Assembly: GCA_907165135.1 (NCBI GenBank)
Contig: OU015570.1
Location: 372,001-436,000 of the forward strand
Direction: 5' to 3'
Length of the DNA: 64,000 nt
Source of the DNA: Oikopleura dioica
Taxonomy: Eukaryota; Animalia; Chordata
The notes beneath the pieces were generated by a model. That model was not told the DNA's origin. It worked only from the letters and a program-made list of their open reading frames with translations, and ran no database searches. A program made the position numbers and the translations under genes. Below, in pieces: positions 60,975 through 64,000 of this stretch. How positions within the stretch are numbered: the first letter of the stretch is position 1; each line of letters opens with the position of its first letter.

Positions 60975-61373
60975 CAGTTAATTATGGAATTTTCGGACAT
61001 TTTTTGTCGCAAGATTTTCGCAAAAATGTCCAAAAATTTGATACACGCGGCCAAAAAAATGTCCCATCCAAATCGCTTAAAAAATTTTTTGAGGATAATC
61101 TCCATCATTCTTTGTTAAATCCTTCTTCTGAAGACAAAAAATGATTTAGGGGTACGAGATCAACCTTCAATCTTATCTTTCTCAAAGAAATAGTAAGATT
61201 TTTAATAAGAAAAACGTCATATGATATCTGGCAAAAAAACAGAAAATTTAATAATTAGGCGCAGATAATGTCCAAAAATTTGATACGGGCACTTTTGAAA
61301 AGTGTCCCAAGAAAACCCCTTAAAATAGCAAAAATGTCCAAAAATTTGATGTCCAAAAATTCCATAAAAACTG
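60975..61373. mobile_element. Tc1/mariner-type MITE, inverted copy of 14222-14618
   Basis: TA|CAGTTAATTATGGAATTTT..AAAATTCCATAAAAACTG|TA. Confidence 0.88.
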
Positions 61374-61663
61374 TATATGAAAATGAATTATATATATGAA
61401 AATGATCGTCAGAGTACGGAGAATTTGAAAATATATAAATCGAAAGCTCTCGATGAAAATTTCCAAATCGGGAGGGCATCCGGGATGCCGCATCCCGATC
61501 GGATTCTTCAGATTCTAAGGAATAAAAACTCCTCAATGACCCTTTAGCTATCTTAACGTTTTCACCGTCAAAAACCACTGTAAAGTTAAAAATCTATAGG
61601 AATCACTTATAGGCTTATAAGTTATAGCCTATAAGTTATAGCCTATAACTTATAGGCTATAAG

Positions 61664-62330
61664 TAGGGCCGACGCGCAAAAATCAACCCCAAGAAAGCAT
61701 CAACGTAGAGAGCTGAAACTTCGGGACATAATGTAGTTCGACCCAACTAAAAAATTGCTATTGAAAATTTTTGGTCTGGTCACCTAGTCACGTGATACAG
61801 GCCTCCGAAAAGCTAGAAAAGCTTGACGACCTTGAACGCCTGATCAAAGTCGATCAGCTTATACCTCAGAAGAAAGAGCTCAAAAAGTTATGTTGACAGA
61901 GCAAATAATATTTTTGTCGGTGCAATCACGTGAGGCAGAAGAGCTCGTTGAAACGTCCAAAACAGCTGTTTTTGACACCAATTTTGACAAAATGAACCCA
62001 TGAAAGCTTGATTTTTCCATATTTTTACCCATTTTATAGGGCTTTTTCCCTTCTACCGCCTCACGTGATTGCGCCACCAAAAATATTCTTTACTCTATAA
62101 GAATAACTTTTTGAGCTCTTTCTTCTGAGGTATGAGCTGATCGACCTTGATCAGGCGTTCAAGGTCGTCAAGCTTTTTAGCTTTTCCGAGGCCTGTATCA
62201 CGTGACCACGTGACCAGACCAAAAAATTTTCAATAGCAATTTTTTAGTTGGGTCGAACTACATTATGTCCCGAAGTTTCAGCTCTCTACGTTGATGCTTT
62301 CTTGGGGTTGATTTTTGCGCGTCGGCCCTA
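61664..62330. mobile_element. hAT-like foldback MITE
   Basis: TAGGGCCGACGCGCAAAAATC.. arms of ~230 bp ..GCGCGTCGGCCCTA; 8-bp TSD GCTATAAG (61656-61663, 62331-62338). Confidence 0.9.
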
Positions 62331-62564
62331 GCTATAAGTAGGGTCCGTACACAAAAATAAAGTACCCGAAATAATAGCTCAATCTTTTTGATTTTCTAAT
62401 ATGTTTTAATAATAATACGCCCGCAATTTACAAAAACTGTAAATTTCGCCGATGTTTTGAACGCGGCGCGCAGCGCTCGATCACGCAAGGGAGCGCTTGA
62501 TAGAGGGTGGGCGCGCGAATTTGCCGCGAAAAATTTGAGAGCCAGATAAAAAAGCTTTCTTTAA

Positions 62565-63230
62565 GGACCCCCGTCAACAATTTTCGAAAAATCTATTTTC
62601 GGAATTTCAAAATTTTGACCCAGGAAATGGATTCTACGGGTCAAAAAACAATTTTGAGGCTTCATTTTTTGGGGGTCTATCTCGACTCTAACACCCTCAA
62701 AATCGCCTTTGAAAATTGGACTATTTGACGAAAAGTGATAAAAATGGCCTATTTTTGCTAGAAAAACAGATTTTTCTTGGTCAAAAATTGCTCCGAACAA
62801 GTTTATATGATGTATTAAACTAGAAGTTGAATGATGTACTGGATATTTGGCCGGGCGGCGTTGCCTTGTGCTACTGTAGTTGCTCATGCCTCATGATGGT
62901 CAAACACGTTATAGTTTACACTGTAAACTTTACAATTGATTGTATTGATCTCTGGAGAGAGCAGAGTGTATCAAAAGGTAAAGTGTTTCAGAAGTAGTAT
63001 CTTTTGGGTGTCTTTGTATCAGAGTGTCAAGGTCAGAGTGTCAAGAATCAGAGTGTCGAGTTGTGCCGAGGACTCGCGGACATGTAGTTTACGACATTTG
63101 CTCGGGTGCGCCTGTGCACTGGTGAAACCCTTATTCAGCACATCTCTAAAACTTCCAGGTACACTCAGAAGTCAAAATATGGCTGTTTTAAAATTTTCGA
63201 TCTTTTGAGGAAAATTGTTGACGGGGGTCC
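62565..63230. mobile_element. TTAA-target element (Kolobok-like) whose interior is homologous to 11590-11660 plus 13680-13900
   Basis: TTAA|GGACCCCCGTCAACAATTTT..AAAATTGTTGACGGGGGTCC|TTAA; shares GATAT(A/T)TGGCCGGGCGGCGTTGCCT and AGAGTGTCAAGAATCAGAGTGT blocks. Confidence 0.8.
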
Positions 63231-64000
63231 TTAAGACTTACTAATAGTCTTTTTCTTTCAAAAATAATAATAATTTGGTATAAATAAATAATTAAATAGA
63301 CAAAATAAGGGTGAAGGTAAGGATTTTGAAAATTATAATAAAAACCATAAGAATAAATATAAAAATATATTTAAATTTGGAAAAGGGAGTGGGAGGAGTT
63401 GGGGTTTAAATTTGCCAGGGATGGGGCTGCGACTTTAATTAGAATAAATTATAATTTATAATTAAATCATAATATGAAGTCAAGTTCGTCCTCAACTCCG
63501 AGACGTTCTCTGCACTGAAGATGGTCCTTGACCGAAATCGATCTGCAAAATAAAACTTCATTTCATTTATCAACTCGATGTCAATTACAACAAATCATAA
63601 TATGATTAATTAAAAATAAGATTTAAATTTTATTCAAATTAAAATTTGTTTTTTCTCTTTATTTATAACATTATTTATAGACTTAATTTAAATGAGTTTT
63701 CATTTAATTAATATAAATAAAAAACCTTTTTAATTTTCAAATTATTCTGAGCGTGGTATTTTTCTTTTACGCCGCGCTCACCCTACGACTTCCAAATAAG
63801 GAAAGTGAGGCGCTGCACGCGCGGCACGCCGCAAAAAGGCTCATTCTTGAGCTTTCTTCGGCAATTTGAACATGTTCTCGTCGTGTTTCAAACTTTTTTA
63901 TTGAAGATAAAAATAAAAATCCCCCTTTTTACATAATTTAAAATTATAAAATTTTTTGAAATCGATGGAGAAGGCTATTTTTAGCATATTTTGGCGATTT

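Overview
Eukaryotic, AT-rich window made almost entirely of transposable elements. Short spliceosomal introns, LTR and Penelope retroelements and dense MITEs suggest a compact animal genome such as the tunicate Oikopleura; this is inference only. I found no intact conserved host gene. Contents in order: (i) a minus-strand gag-like retroelement remnant (3-5.8 kb) and a plus-strand Ty3/gypsy RNaseH-integrase remnant split by a hAT MITE (7.6-9.9 kb); (ii) a chimeric LTN1(5')-RRP36(internal, intron-containing) pseudogene (10.25-11.5 kb); (iii) a near-identical triplication of a ~3.38-kb module (17.75-30.3 kb) holding a ~60-bp palindromic satellite, a foldback MITE and a small spliced membrane-protein gene, with a nested composite transposon only in copy 3; (iv) two Penelope-like elements, one with inverted pseudo-LTRs that each carry a minimal hammerhead ribozyme; (v) a Kolobok/MULE-clade DDE transposase pseudogene (40.9-42.6 kb); (vi) a hAT transposase pseudogene (55.6-58.05 kb) whose three GT-AG introns are all built from the same palindrome; (vii) more than 20 MITEs with readable TIRs and TSDs, often nested. 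The most interesting signals are the palindrome-built introns, the hammerheads, the LTN1-RRP36 chimera, a cluster of six CTCF-like motifs, and a conserved core motif shared by unrelated MITEs. All protein assignments come from motif recognition by eye; no searches were run. Some homopolymer frameshifts could be sequencing errors.
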